From: Synechococcus elongatus PCC 6301
Lineage (GTDB): Bacteria > Cyanobacteriota > Cyanobacteriia > Synechococcales > Synechococcaceae
NCBI RefSeq assembly: GCF_000010065.1
Contig: NC_006576.1
Location: 2,370,001 to 2,402,000 of the forward strand
Direction: 5' to 3'
DNA length: 32,000 nucleotides
Shown here: positions 16,576 through 26,222 of the stretch, piece by piece
Position numbering within the stretch: the stretch's first letter is position 1
How the letters are laid out: every line of letters starts with the position of its first letter
Notes under the pieces: model-generated
What the model was told of the DNA's origin: nothing
The model's input: only the letters and a program-made list of their open reading frames with translations
Databases searched by the model: none
Made by a program: the position numbers and the translations under genes

Positions 16576-19317
16576 TTCATGCCCGGTTGATACAGCGAGA
16601 AAACTATCGATTTCAACGGCTGGTAACGGTCGGCTAAACCAGTAGCCCTGTCCGTATTCGCAGCCAATTGCCTTAAGAAATTCAACCTGCTCAGCGGTTT
16701 CAACTCCTTCGGCAACCGCTTGCATTCCCAACCCGTGAGCCATCGCCACAATCGTTTTAACAAGGGCACAACTTTCGGTGGAATGGGGAATATCTCTGAG
16801 GAAGCTTTGATCGACCTTCAGCGATTGAAATGGATACCGTCGCAGATAGCTAAGGGCAGAGTAACCCGTTCCAAAGTCATCAAGGGCGAGGGCAATTCCT
16901 TTGCGATGAAGAGTATCCAGCATTTGCGCAATAGTCGAGGTATTATCGAGCAGCATTTGCTCGGTAACTTCGAGCTTGAGATAGTTCGGTCGAAAGTTAT
17001 GTCTTTGTAGGATTTTAGCTGTAATTTGGGTGAAGCGATTGCTGCGCAATTGCCGAGGTGAAAGGTTGACCGCAACCCAAAATGGATAGTTGTATTTCTG
17101 TTGCCAAATAGCAACATCTTGGCAGGCTTGTTCGATAACTCGATAGCCCAGAGGAATAATTAAACCGGTCTCTTCAGCGATGGGGATAAAGCGATCGGGG
17201 GGGATGTTACCCAGCTCAGGATCATGCCAGCGTGCCAGAGCTTCAAGGCCAACCACATGATTATCTTGCAAACTGATGATCGGTTGATAGAAAACCTTTA
17301 GTTGGTACTGCTCTAGGGCATGTCGTAGATGAGTTTCAAGTTGAATGCGGGCGTGAGCTTCAGCATTCATCGTCGGCATAAAGAGCTGGAAGTCATTGCC
17401 GCCATTACGCTTAGCGCTATACATCGCGGTATCAGCGTTGCGCATCAAAACTTCTGGCGTGACGCCATCGTTGGGATAGCAGGCAACACCAATACTTGCC
17501 GTGATCACGAGCTCCTCAGCCTCAATAGTGATTGGCTGAGAAATAATCTTGAGGAGCTGTTGAGATAGTTTTTCTAGGTGGATATTTTCCTTGACGGCAG
17601 GGCAGATAATCAGAAACTCATCACCCCCAAGGCGTGAAATAGTAATTTCTCGCGGGAGATGATAACGCAGCCGCTTCGCTATTTCTTGAAGCAGGCAGTC
17701 GCCATAGGAATGCCCCAAAGTATCATTGATATTTTTAAAGCGATCGAGATCGAGCAACATCACAATGACAGTATCGTTGCTGCGCTCACTCAAAGCAGTT
17801 GCTTGTCGCAGTCGATCAAGGGCAAGACTGCGGTTAGGCAGATCGGTTAAGCTATCATAATTAGCTTGATGATCAAGCAACTCGCGGTTCCGTTTTTGCT
17901 CAGTGATATCTTCTTTGACAGCAACAAAATGAATGATCTGTCCTGCTAAGTCCTTGACAGGCGAAATCGATGTGCGATCCCAAAAAAGCTCACCTGTTTT
18001 GCGCCGATTGTAAAGCTCACCGCGCCAAGTTTCGCCAGCCGTGATCGTCTCCCAAAGGTCTTGATAAAAACTAGGAGACATCAAGCCTGACTTGAGAAAG
18101 CGAGGATTTTTACCAATCACTTCATCAGCACCATAGCCAGTCATGAGTTCAAAGGCAGGATTAACATATTCGATGATGCCTTCGGCACTAGTAATCAAAA
18201 TACTGGCAGGGCTATTTTCAGTTGCTTCTTGTAGTAATTTCAGGCGCTGCTGAGTCTGCTGGAGACTGGTAATATCGGTGAGAAGTGCGAGATAAGCTTT
18301 GGATTGCTGCCAAGGAATTGGTACGATCGAGACTTCGACATAGCGTAGGCTGCCGTCCGGTTGCACCAGATCGAGCTGAACCGTGACGTTAAGGGTTAAC
18401 GGCAGCCCTAAATACTTACCTTGTAATTCGCTGAGGGATTGATCAAAGACTTGCTCAGCGACATGGTTGGCGAAGAGGACAGCACCTTGCTCATCGAGGA
18501 CAAGAATACCGTTGGGATTGCTTTCAATCAGGACTTGAAAACGGGTTTCGCTATCTTGAACGAGGCTGAGAATATGATGCTCTTCAGTAATATCTCGGAT
18601 ATTCCCTACTAAGCTAAGCAGCTCGCCTGTCTCATCATGATGCAGCAGACAGTGGCATTCAAACCAGCGATCGCTATGAGCCGTTTTAACTGGAAAATCC
18701 CATAGATAATGCGATCGCTGATTGCCTAGAGAAATAGCATTGGCTTGAAGGCTTTCCAGCGAGCTATGACAATGCTGCAGAAAACTAGTGAGTGTAAAAG
18801 GTTCATGAAGAGAGCGGCCTATCTGCGTATAAATATGTGGCGGAGCAAGGAACTCATCTGCCTGACTTCGATTCCAGCTCCAGTGCCCAACTTTATGGCT
18901 GAGCCGCTGAACTTCTAGAGATTGGAGTTGTTGCCAATCGAGAAAGAGATTTTGATGAGAGTCTTGGCAGGAACCCGTGACGAGCAGGAAGCTGGCCTCT
19001 GACTCGACATCCGCAAGCCACTGTAATTCTAAGGTCAGGGGAATATGAACGACTTCAGTAGCCAAAGCCACTCGCAGCTGCTCAACTTGTGGCTCTAAGT
19101 TTTGGTCTAAGTGATTGCTAGCAAGAACTTTCTCAATGACCTGCTGGAGCCAGCTGGGAATCGACAGTGTATTGGGATCGCTAAGCAGACTAAGCTGTTG
19201 CGCCGAGGGACTGGCTAGCAAAAGTTGCCCTGCTGGCGTAAACAGCCATGTCAAAGCCTCGCCAGCGAGTTGCTGAACGTTGGCGGGCTCTAGAAAAGGC
19301 TGTAGCGGGGACGACAT
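16564..19317 (-). CDS. Multi-PAS GGDEF-EAL protein (c-di-GMP turnover)
   Basis: Several PAS-like segments, e.g. ITSAEGIIEYVNPAFELMTGYGADEVIGKNPRFLKSG; intact RLGGDEFLI; EALARW, DDFGTGYSALSYL, AEGVET. Both GGDEF and EAL signatures intact. Confidence 0.94.
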   Translation of the reverse strand: MSSPLQPFLEPANVQQLAGEALTWLFTPAGQLLLASPSAQQLSLLSDPNTLSIPSWLQQVIEKVLASNHLDQNLEPQVEQLRVALATEVVHIPLTLELQWLADVESEASFLLVTGSCQDSHQNLFLDWQQLQSLEVQRLSHKVGHWSWNRSQADEFLAPPHIYTQIGRSLHEPFTLTSFLQHCHSSLESLQANAISLGNQRSHYLWDFPVKTAHSDRWFECHCLLHHDETGELLSLVGNIRDITEEHHILSLVQDSETRFQVLIESNPNGILVLDEQGAVLFANHVAEQVFDQSLSELQGKYLGLPLTLNVTVQLDLVQPDGSLRYVEVSIVPIPWQQSKAYLALLTDITSLQQTQQRLKLLQEATENSPASILITSAEGIIEYVNPAFELMTGYGADEVIGKNPRFLKSGLMSPSFYQDLWETITAGETWRGELYNRRKTGELFWDRTSISPVKDLAGQIIHFVAVKEDITEQKRNRELLDHQANYDSLTDLPNRSLALDRLRQATALSERSNDTVIVMLLDLDRFKNINDTLGHSYGDCLLQEIAKRLRYHLPREITISRLGGDEFLIICPAVKENIHLEKLSQQLLKIISQPITIEAEELVITASIGVACYPNDGVTPEVLMRNADTAMYSAKRNGGNDFQLFMPTMNAEAHARIQLETHLRHALEQYQLKVFYQPIISLQDNHVVGLEALARWHDPELGNIPPDRFIPIAEETGLIIPLGYRVIEQACQDVAIWQQKYNYPFWVAVNLSPRQLRSNRFTQITAKILQRHNFRPNYLKLEVTEQMLLDNTSTIAQMLDTLHRKGIALALDDFGTGYSALSYLRRYPFQSLKVDQSFLRDIPHSTESCALVKTIVAMAHGLGMQAVAEGVETAEQVEFLKAIGCEYGQGYWFSRPLPAVEIDSFLAVSTGHESIS

Positions 19318-19387
19318 GCTTAACCTACGAAGAGGAGGCGAACGCCCGAAATTAACACTGCTGTTTCATTGTGCGCCGAGTCAGTCT

Positions 19388-19417
19388 AAAAAGCCCAGAG
19401 ATTCTAATCTCCGGGCT
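19388..19417 (-). terminator. Rho-independent terminator downstream of heme oxygenase
   Basis: On the minus strand: AGCCC-G-GAGATT-AG-AATCTC-T-GGGCT followed by TTTT(T): 5 bp + mismatch + 6 bp stem, 2-nt loop as drawn, then a short U-tract; located just after the stop at 19441. Confidence 0.8.
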
Positions 19418-19440
19418 CTCAAGCTCAAGTAGGACAGTGA

Positions 19441-20157
19441 TTATTCGGCTGCAGTTGCTAACTCTGTGCTGCCGCGTACAAAACGGCGTGTCAGGGAATT
19501 AAAGAACATCTTGCCGATCGCTGCGACAAGATTTCCTTCTAGCTCTTGGAACATGGCCATATTCATCCCAAAAGCATCATTGGCTTCTTCAACAATGCGA
19601 TCGGCGGTTGCTTCATCAACTGGCAACGTGTCCATGGCTTGCCGATAGGTTTGTTTGAAGGCTTTTTCATCTTCAATCGCTTCGAACTCGTAGAAGGCGG
19701 TGCCTGCCCCGTCCAAGTTCATGCCGCGTTGCGCGATCGTTTTCAAGATTTGACCGCCCGACAGGTCGCCCAGATAGCGAGTATAGGCATGGCCAACCAA
19801 TAGCTCAGGTGCAGTGTTGGAGACCTCCCGAATACGAGCTACGTAGGATTGGGCTGCTTTGGAAGGTTGGATTTGTTGCCGCCAATCTTCACCGTAGTAG
19901 AAGGCGAGATCCCGCTCAAGGCTGGTCTTCCGATTCAGCACAGGAAAGTAGATGCCTGCAATTTTGTCGTTGTCGCGATGGCGTTCAAGCTCCTCTTCCA
20001 TGGCGGAGTAGACGAAGTAGAGGTTCGCGACCAGCTTACGGTAGGAGTTTTTCTCGACAACCCCTTTGAGGAAGCACTTCACAAAGCCGACGTTTTCGGC
20101 CATGGTGTGTGCCTTTTTGGTGCCTTCACGCAGTTTGGTTGCTAGATTCGCGCCCAT
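19441..20157 (-). CDS. ho1: Heme oxygenase (biliverdin-producing, HO-1 type)
   Basis: MGANLATKLREGTKKAHTMAENVGFVKCFLKGVVEKNSYRKLVANLYFVYSAMEEELERH...GHAYTRYLGDLSGGQILKTIAQRGM...; start at 20157 preferred over the track start 20241. Confidence 0.95.
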   Translation of the reverse strand: MGANLATKLREGTKKAHTMAENVGFVKCFLKGVVEKNSYRKLVANLYFVYSAMEEELERHRDNDKIAGIYFPVLNRKTSLERDLAFYYGEDWRQQIQPSKAAQSYVARIREVSNTAPELLVGHAYTRYLGDLSGGQILKTIAQRGMNLDGAGTAFYEFEAIEDEKAFKQTYRQAMDTLPVDEATADRIVEEANDAFGMNMAMFQELEGNLVAAIGKMFFNSLTRRFVRGSTELATAAE

Positions 20158-20348
20158 GCTTATCAAGTCCAGTCCTTGTAGTACAGCGGCCCCGTTCAAC
20201 AGTTCGGAGCCTCGAAAAAAGGTTTTAATCGGGCTGGGCAAGATACCCGCCTAAAGGATCAAGGTAAACCGTTTTTTCTGAGCGTTGCCGTTAAGTTTCC
20301 TTACAGCGTGGCGATCGAGCCGGAATGGTTGGGGAGCAGGAGACTCGC

Positions 20349-21215
20349 ATGCGCTGCGGATTAATCGGAACTGGCTTACTGGGGACCGCGATCGCGGAAC
20401 GCTTGCTGACGGTTGGACAGCTGCTCACGGTTTGGAACCGAACGGCTGAACGGAGTCAGCCTTTAGTCGCTTTGGGGGCCACGATCGCCCCGACACCAGC
20501 CGCATTGCTAGCCGACTGCGAGGTTTGCCTACTCTTACTCAGTGATGCTGAGGCGATCGCTGCAACCCTATTGACGGAGGAATCGCGATCGCAACTTGTC
20601 GGCAAGACCATCATCCAGATGGGCACGATTTCGCCGGCTGAAAGTCGAGCGATCGCTGACCAAATCGCGGCGGCTGGTGGGCAATATTTGGAGGCACCGG
20701 TGCTGGGGAGCCTGCCAGAAGCACGCAACGGCACGCTGATCGTCATGGTGGGGGCTGAACCGGCTGTCTTTGAACAATGGCGATCGCTTTTGTGCCATCT
20801 CAGTCCTGAACCTGAATGGATTGGGCCTATTGGAACAGCGGCGACTCTGAAATTAGCGCTCAACCAATTGATTGGCTCATTGACCAGTGCCTTTGGCGGC
20901 AGTTTGGCGCTGCTGCAACGGAGTGGTCTAGCTGTAGAACCCTTCATGGCAATTCTGCGTCAGAGTGCGCTGTATGCCCCAACCTTTGATAAGAAGCTGT
21001 CGCGACTACTTAGCCATCAGTACGATAACCCCAACTTCCCAACGACTCACTTGGCGAAAGATCTCCGATTGTTCCGGGAAACTGCAGCGGATCTTGGGAT
21101 CACAACGGATGCAGTCGAAGGAGTTGAGTCCATTGTCCAAAAAGCGATCGCCCAAGGTTGGGGCGATCAAGATTATTCAGCCCTCTACGAGGCGATTAAT
21201 CCTGATTCAAACTAA
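20349..21215 (+). CDS. NAD(P)-dependent oxidoreductase, 3-hydroxyisobutyrate dehydrogenase/GLYR-like family
   Basis: MRCGLIGTGLLGTAIAERLLTVGQLLTVWNRTAERSQPLVALGA...QMGTISPAESRAIADQIAAAGGQYLEAPVLGSLPEARNGTLIVMVGAE...LKLALNQLIG. Confidence 0.88.
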   Translation: MRCGLIGTGLLGTAIAERLLTVGQLLTVWNRTAERSQPLVALGATIAPTPAALLADCEVCLLLLSDAEAIAATLLTEESRSQLVGKTIIQMGTISPAESRAIADQIAAAGGQYLEAPVLGSLPEARNGTLIVMVGAEPAVFEQWRSLLCHLSPEPEWIGPIGTAATLKLALNQLIGSLTSAFGGSLALLQRSGLAVEPFMAILRQSALYAPTFDKKLSRLLSHQYDNPNFPTTHLAKDLRLFRETAADLGITTDAVEGVESIVQKAIAQGWGDQDYSALYEAINPDSN

Positions 21216-21219
21216 TCTG

Positions 21220-21726
21220 CTATTCACCAGTAGATCGCGATCTCCGTTGCTGAAACCAGTCACGGAGAAGCTGTCCACAAGGCTCAGCTAAGATGCCAGC
21301 CAGGACAGATAAATGATGATGGGAGACTGGACTATCAGGTAAATTGAGGAGCGATCGAATTGCCCCAGCTTTGGGGTCATCAGCGGCATAAATCAATTGC
21401 CCAAGCCTAGCCTGAATGATAGCTCCTGCGCACATAGGGCAGGGTTCAAGAGTGACGTAAAGGTGACAGTCACTAAGGCGCCAATCACCGATCCGAGCTG
21501 CTGCTGCCCGAATCGCTATTATCTCTGCATGGCCACAGGGGTCACGATCGCGTTCGCGACGGTTTTGTCCGGTGGCTAACAGGTGCCCTTGATGGACAAT
21601 CACTGCGCCAATTGGTATTTCGCCTGCTGTCCCTGCGATCACTGCCTGCTCGTAGGCGATCGTCATCCAGCGATGATGGGTTTCGTATTCGGGATTCGCG
21701 ATCGACGGTGGAGGAGGTGCAGCCAT
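21220..21726 (-). CDS. tadA: tRNA-specific adenosine deaminase
   Basis: AYEQAVIAGTAGEIPIGAVIVHQGHLLATGQNRRERDRDPCGHAEIIAIRAAA...LYVTLEPCPMCAGAIIQARLGQLIYAADDPKAGA (HAE and PCPMC motifs). ATG 21726 chosen; the track start 21783 is a TTG. Confidence 0.93.
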   Translation of the reverse strand: MAAPPPPSIANPEYETHHRWMTIAYEQAVIAGTAGEIPIGAVIVHQGHLLATGQNRRERDRDPCGHAEIIAIRAAAARIGDWRLSDCHLYVTLEPCPMCAGAIIQARLGQLIYAADDPKAGAIRSLLNLPDSPVSHHHLSVLAGILAEPCGQLLRDWFQQRRSRSTGE

Positions 21727-21796
21727 GATCACGTTCCTTGAAGTATTAGGAATGTTGTCGTTCGGTGAGGGGCATCTGCCCAACCTATCGGGGGAC

Positions 21797-23167
21797 CTAT
21801 CGACTTAAGGCAGTTGCTTGCTGACAAGCTTGCAAAAAATTCTGAATTAACCAGGGCTTGCCTCCAAAGTGAAGATGGAGATAGGAGGCATGGAGATTGG
21901 GCTGACTGTAGCCTTCTCCATAGTGCAGAGATCCATCAAAGTTTTGGAGCTGGAAGAGCGGCTGTGCGATCGGCTCTCGCAGGCTGGAACGGTGGAATTC
22001 ATGACCCCAAACTACCTGTCCTTTTTGCAGCAAAGGACTCGCCTGTTGGGCTGTTGCTTCTCGATAGCCCAAGGTTAAGCGAGAACCCATTTGTGCTGTT
22101 GCTGCGATCGCTCCAACCATTGGATATTGCGTCTGCTCAAAGTCAATGATGTGCTGACGGAGATACATCAAACCGCCACATTCGGCATAGCAGGGAATCC
22201 CTTGAGTGATCGCAGTCTGCACGGCTTGACGTGCGAGTAAATTATCACTCAACTCAGCTGCAAAAACCTCAGGAAATCCACCACCTAGATAGAGTCCTTG
22301 GACACCTGCTGGGAGTTGTCGATCTTGAAGGGGACTCCACTCAATTAACTCTGCTCCAGCAGCACGTAGTAGATCGAAGTTGTCAGCATAGTAGAAATTA
22401 AAGGCCCGATCTCGAGCGATCGCAATGGGAACTGATGACTTTAGAGAGATTGATGGGGTGGTAGACTTGAAAGCCGTGCTATTTAAATCAGAATTTGAAA
22501 GCAATGGTTCTAGTCGATTCCAATCAAAACACTGTTGACCCAAAACAGCAAGACGATCGATGACCGATTGTAAGTGGGGGAGCTCCGATGTTGGAATTAG
22601 GCCCAAATGGCGATCGGGAATTTGAATCTCATCCTGTCTCCTTAGAACACCGAGAATTGGAATTTCTAAGGGCTCTAAAGCATCTTTCAGTAACTCTAAA
22701 TGACGATCGCTGCCAACCCGATTGAGGACAAGCCCAGCAATCTTGAGGCGAGAATCAAAGTTTTGATAGCCATAAGCGATCGCAGCGATCGACCGAGCAG
22801 TACTACTGCAGTTCAAGACTAGGAGGATTGGAAGATTGAGAATCCTAGCGATATGGGCAGTACTGGCAGTATCTGTTTTGCCAGTTAGACCATCAAACAA
22901 GCCCATCACACCTTCAACTAAAGTGTAGTCTGCGGTTTGGCTGTGCTGCTGAAAGCAATGTTGAACGTAATCCTCATCAGTCAGGATTGGATCTAAATTT
23001 CGACAATCTCGACCCGTCACAAATCGATGAAACATCGGGTCAATGTAGTCAGGTCCAACTTTGAAAGATTGAACAGATGCCTGACGAGCTTTCAGGGCAG
23101 CGAGTAAGGTGAGAGTCGTAGTAGTTTTGCCAACACCGCTACGTTCACCAGCAATAATGAGAGCCAT
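21797..23167 (-). CDS. cobB: Cobyrinate a,c-diamide synthase
   Basis: MALIIAGERSGVGKTTTTLTLLAALKARQASVQSFKVGPDYIDPMFH...; C-terminal class I glutamine amidotransferase-like part LYLGGGFPEVFAAEL...IPCYAECGGLMYL. Confidence 0.94.
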   Translation of the reverse strand: MALIIAGERSGVGKTTTTLTLLAALKARQASVQSFKVGPDYIDPMFHRFVTGRDCRNLDPILTDEDYVQHCFQQHSQTADYTLVEGVMGLFDGLTGKTDTASTAHIARILNLPILLVLNCSSTARSIAAIAYGYQNFDSRLKIAGLVLNRVGSDRHLELLKDALEPLEIPILGVLRRQDEIQIPDRHLGLIPTSELPHLQSVIDRLAVLGQQCFDWNRLEPLLSNSDLNSTAFKSTTPSISLKSSVPIAIARDRAFNFYYADNFDLLRAAGAELIEWSPLQDRQLPAGVQGLYLGGGFPEVFAAELSDNLLARQAVQTAITQGIPCYAECGGLMYLRQHIIDFEQTQYPMVGAIAATAQMGSRLTLGYREATAQQASPLLQKGQVVWGHEFHRSSLREPIAQPLFQLQNFDGSLHYGEGYSQPNLHASYLHLHFGGKPWLIQNFLQACQQATALSR

Positions 23168-23170
23168 CGG

Positions 23171-24871
23171 TTAGTAGTAGCGCGGGGTATAAAGCCAGTG
23201 GCGACCAGCTGATTCAAACTGACGCGTTTTACTAGAACCAATTAAGACAACGGTATTCATATCAACTAGATCAGCCGATAACTCAGCTAGATCAATGATT
23301 TGAATAGATTGCTTTTCTCGGCCAATGTTTCTCGCCAAGAGAACGGGTGTCTCTGGCGATCGCCAAGCCAACAGTAAGTCCCGTGCCGCCTCCAATTGCC
23401 ATCGTCTAGTTTGGGAGACTGGGTTATAAAACGCGATCGCAAAATCTGCCTGTGCTGCTGCTGTAATTCGTTCAGCAATAATCTCCCATGGCTTGAGAAT
23501 ATCCGAGAGAGAAATCGTGCAAAAATCATGACCAAGTGGTGCACCGACCTGGGCTGCAGCTGCCTGCATTGCAGAAATTCCTGGACAGATGCGAATATCA
23601 AGCGTTTGCCAATCTAGATTTTCTGCAGTTTCCAAGACTTCAAATACTGCTGCTGCCATCGCATAAATACCCGGATCGCCGGAAGAAATGACAGCAACCT
23701 GTCGACCGATAGCAGCTAAATCCAAAGCATATCGAGCTCGATCAAGCTCAACCCGATTATCAGAATCATGACGCTGGGTCTGAGGCGATCGCCAAGGCTC
23801 AGCTAGATTTAGATAGGTTTTATAGCCCACCCAATCAGTAGCGTGCTGCAGCATTTGTCGCGCTTCTGGAGTCAACCATTCGGCTGAGCCGGGGCCAAGG
23901 CCAACGATACTTACCCGTCCACAAGCTTGGCCAATTATTTCGGGTTGGATTGGTTCTTCTGCGATCGCAATAGCGATTGTGGAATTTTCAGCTAGTATTT
24001 GAATATCAGAGCCAAGGATGCGCCTAGCCTGGTCACTTGCTGTTGCTGTCGGTGATTCTCGAATCAAGCGGACAGAGACTTGAAATTTGGCAGCGATCGC
24101 TTGAAGAGTTGCATGATTAGCCAGTTCAAATGGCACTCCGATTAAAGCGATTGCATCAGGGGCAATCTGATTGTCTGATAATAAATGATCGATTGCGGAA
24201 ATAGTCTCAGAAATATCGAAATTATCTTGTGATTGGATGAAGATCCCAATGTTTTTAGAATAGTAAGTTAGACACTGAGGCGGTGGCTGCTGAAGCTGAT
24301 GTGTCACTTGAATACAATAGGTTGCTTCAGGATCAAAAGGTAGCCTTGTCGTTTTTAGCCAAGCTGCTTGGCCCTCAATCCGTACTGGCTGGCCATTGAG
24401 AAGATCCGCAATGAAAGTCTTAGCTGTGGACGGAAAGGCTAACTGATAGCCCGAGGGGGGGGATAAGAGAGTTGTTTGAAAGCGGATAGCCCCGGTCGTT
24501 GTGATCGCTGCATGTGATTGCAAAACTTGAGCAAGCTGCTGAGCCAGCTGATTCGCTCCTTGGAGACTACCGAGCAATGGAACCACCGAGCTGCCGTCTT
24601 CTGCGATTGCTAATACAGCAGGCTCTTGCCATTTGTTATTTAGGACTGGTGCCAAAGCTCTAATTAAAATCCCCGCCGAACAGATGCCAATAATAGTCTG
24701 ACCTTGCTGAAATAGGTTGCGAATCGTCTCTCCAAAATCCTGATAAGTTTGATCGGCAGACTCAGTCCGTTTCTGCAACCCATAGATCATGGAATCGGGC
24801 AAGCATTGTTTGACTTGAGTCGCTGTTGCAAAACTCAGCTCGTTCAGGATGACAATTGCGATCGTTGTCAT
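23171..24871 (-). CDS. cobJ: Fused CbiG-like protein + precorrin-3B C(17)-methyltransferase (CobJ/CbiH)
   Basis: N-terminal CbiG-like GQTIIGICSAGILIRALAPVLNNKWQEPAVLAIAEDGSSVVPLLGSLQGANQLA and cobalamin-biosynthesis C-domain ALIGVPFELANHATLQAIAAKF; then the methyltransferase GRVSIVGLGPGSAEWLTPEARQML...VISSGDPGIYAMAAAVFEV...GHDFCTISLSDILKPWEII. Confidence 0.92.
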   Translation of the reverse strand: MTTIAIVILNELSFATATQVKQCLPDSMIYGLQKRTESADQTYQDFGETIRNLFQQGQTIIGICSAGILIRALAPVLNNKWQEPAVLAIAEDGSSVVPLLGSLQGANQLAQQLAQVLQSHAAITTTGAIRFQTTLLSPPSGYQLAFPSTAKTFIADLLNGQPVRIEGQAAWLKTTRLPFDPEATYCIQVTHQLQQPPPQCLTYYSKNIGIFIQSQDNFDISETISAIDHLLSDNQIAPDAIALIGVPFELANHATLQAIAAKFQVSVRLIRESPTATASDQARRILGSDIQILAENSTIAIAIAEEPIQPEIIGQACGRVSIVGLGPGSAEWLTPEARQMLQHATDWVGYKTYLNLAEPWRSPQTQRHDSDNRVELDRARYALDLAAIGRQVAVISSGDPGIYAMAAAVFEVLETAENLDWQTLDIRICPGISAMQAAAAQVGAPLGHDFCTISLSDILKPWEIIAERITAAAQADFAIAFYNPVSQTRRWQLEAARDLLLAWRSPETPVLLARNIGREKQSIQIIDLAELSADLVDMNTVVLIGSSKTRQFESAGRHWLYTPRYY

Positions 24872-25572
24872 TGGGGCTGAGTCTGGCTAGGAATTAAAAT
24901 AAGTGCCCAGTAGGGAACTGCCTGAGGGTCAACCGTTTTAATGTCTAGGATCTGCTGATTTGCTTGAGTTGCCCGCTCAATATAACGTGCTCGATCAAGA
25001 AGATTAAGCTCAGCTAAAATAGATTTAACTTTGGCAAAATGACGGCCAAGTTTGATAATAATTGCAGAGTCAACCTGACTTAGGCGATCGCGTAAGGTCT
25101 CTGCATCTAGGGTCGCTGGCATGATGCTCAAGACATCATTTCGATAGGTGATCGGTGCCCCTAACATGGCTGCACTCGCAAAGGTTGAGGAAATACCAGG
25201 CACCACTTCAGTCTGAAACTGGTCGGCAAGGCGATTAAATAAATACATGAAGGTTCCATATAGCATGGGGTCACCTTCGCAGAGAACAGCTACGTCTTGT
25301 CCTGCGGTTAAATGCTGAGCAATCTTAATCGCTGCTTGATCGTAATAGGGTTGTGATGATCGCTCCACACTGAAGGGCAGAGGCATGGGAATTTCAATCT
25401 GATCTGTGCGGATATAATCTGCAACGATTGATCGCGCTAGGGCCTTGCCATTCTCTAGCGTCGGATAAGCAATCACAGGCACTTGCTTAAGAATCCGATA
25501 GGCTTTGAGCGTCAGTAGCTCTGGATCGCCAGGCCCAATGCCGAGCCCGTAGAGACGACCAGTAGAACTCAT
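24868..25572 (-). CDS. cobI: Precorrin-2 C(20)-methyltransferase
   Basis: GRLYGLGIGPGDPELLTLKAYRILKQVPVIAYPTLENGKALARSIV...VAVLCEGDPMLYGTFMYLFNRL...VVPGISSTFASAA. Confidence 0.93.
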   Translation of the reverse strand: MSSTGRLYGLGIGPGDPELLTLKAYRILKQVPVIAYPTLENGKALARSIVADYIRTDQIEIPMPLPFSVERSSQPYYDQAAIKIAQHLTAGQDVAVLCEGDPMLYGTFMYLFNRLADQFQTEVVPGISSTFASAAMLGAPITYRNDVLSIMPATLDAETLRDRLSQVDSAIIIKLGRHFAKVKSILAELNLLDRARYIERATQANQQILDIKTVDPQAVPYWALILIPSQTQPQ

Positions 25573-26198
25573 AGTTCACTCTCCTGAGCGATCGCGTTCA
25601 CTGCTGCAGCCGCGATCGCACTGCCGCCGCGACGACCATGAAGGGTCATAAAAGGAACATTACGAGAGTTCTCAGCAAGGGCTTGCTTTGATTCGATAGC
25701 TCCGACAAAGCCAACTGGAAAGCCTAAGATCACAGCAGGGCGGTCAGTCGTTTCATCAAGGATTTCCAGTAAGCGAAAGAGCGCGGTGGGTGCATTGCCA
25801 ATGACAACAACTGAACCCTGTAATTGCGATCGCCATAGCTCCATTGCTGCAGCTGAGCGAGTGTTGTTAATTTGCTGTGCGATCGCGGGCACTTCGGGTT
25901 CATTCAAGGTACAAATCACTGGATTCTCAGCAGGTAATCGCTTACGGGTAATGCCATTGGCGACCATTTGAGAATCACAAAGAATAGGACATCCATCCTT
26001 GAGTGCTTGACGTCCTGAAACTAATGCTGTAGCTGAGGCTTCAAAGTCTTGAACAATGTCAGTCATCCCACAAGCGTGGATGAGACGGACTACAACCGTA
26101 GCCAAGTCCTCTGGCAAATGGCTAAGACAAGCCTCTTCACGAATAATGCAAAAAGACTTTTTATAGATGTCAGTGCCATTCCGAATGTAGTCGAACAT
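25569..26198 (-). CDS. cobH: Precorrin-8X methylmutase
   Basis: DLATVVVRLIHACGMTDIVQDFEASATALVSGRQALKDGCPILCDSQMVANGITRKRLP...VVIGNAPTALFRLLEIL...PAVILGFPVGFVGAIESKQAL...GRRGGSAIAAAAVNAI. Confidence 0.95.
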   Translation of the reverse strand: MFDYIRNGTDIYKKSFCIIREEACLSHLPEDLATVVVRLIHACGMTDIVQDFEASATALVSGRQALKDGCPILCDSQMVANGITRKRLPAENPVICTLNEPEVPAIAQQINNTRSAAAMELWRSQLQGSVVVIGNAPTALFRLLEILDETTDRPAVILGFPVGFVGAIESKQALAENSRNVPFMTLHGRRGGSAIAAAAVNAIAQESEL

Positions 26199-26222
26199 GT
26201 GCCGAGCTAATGTACTCCGAAT

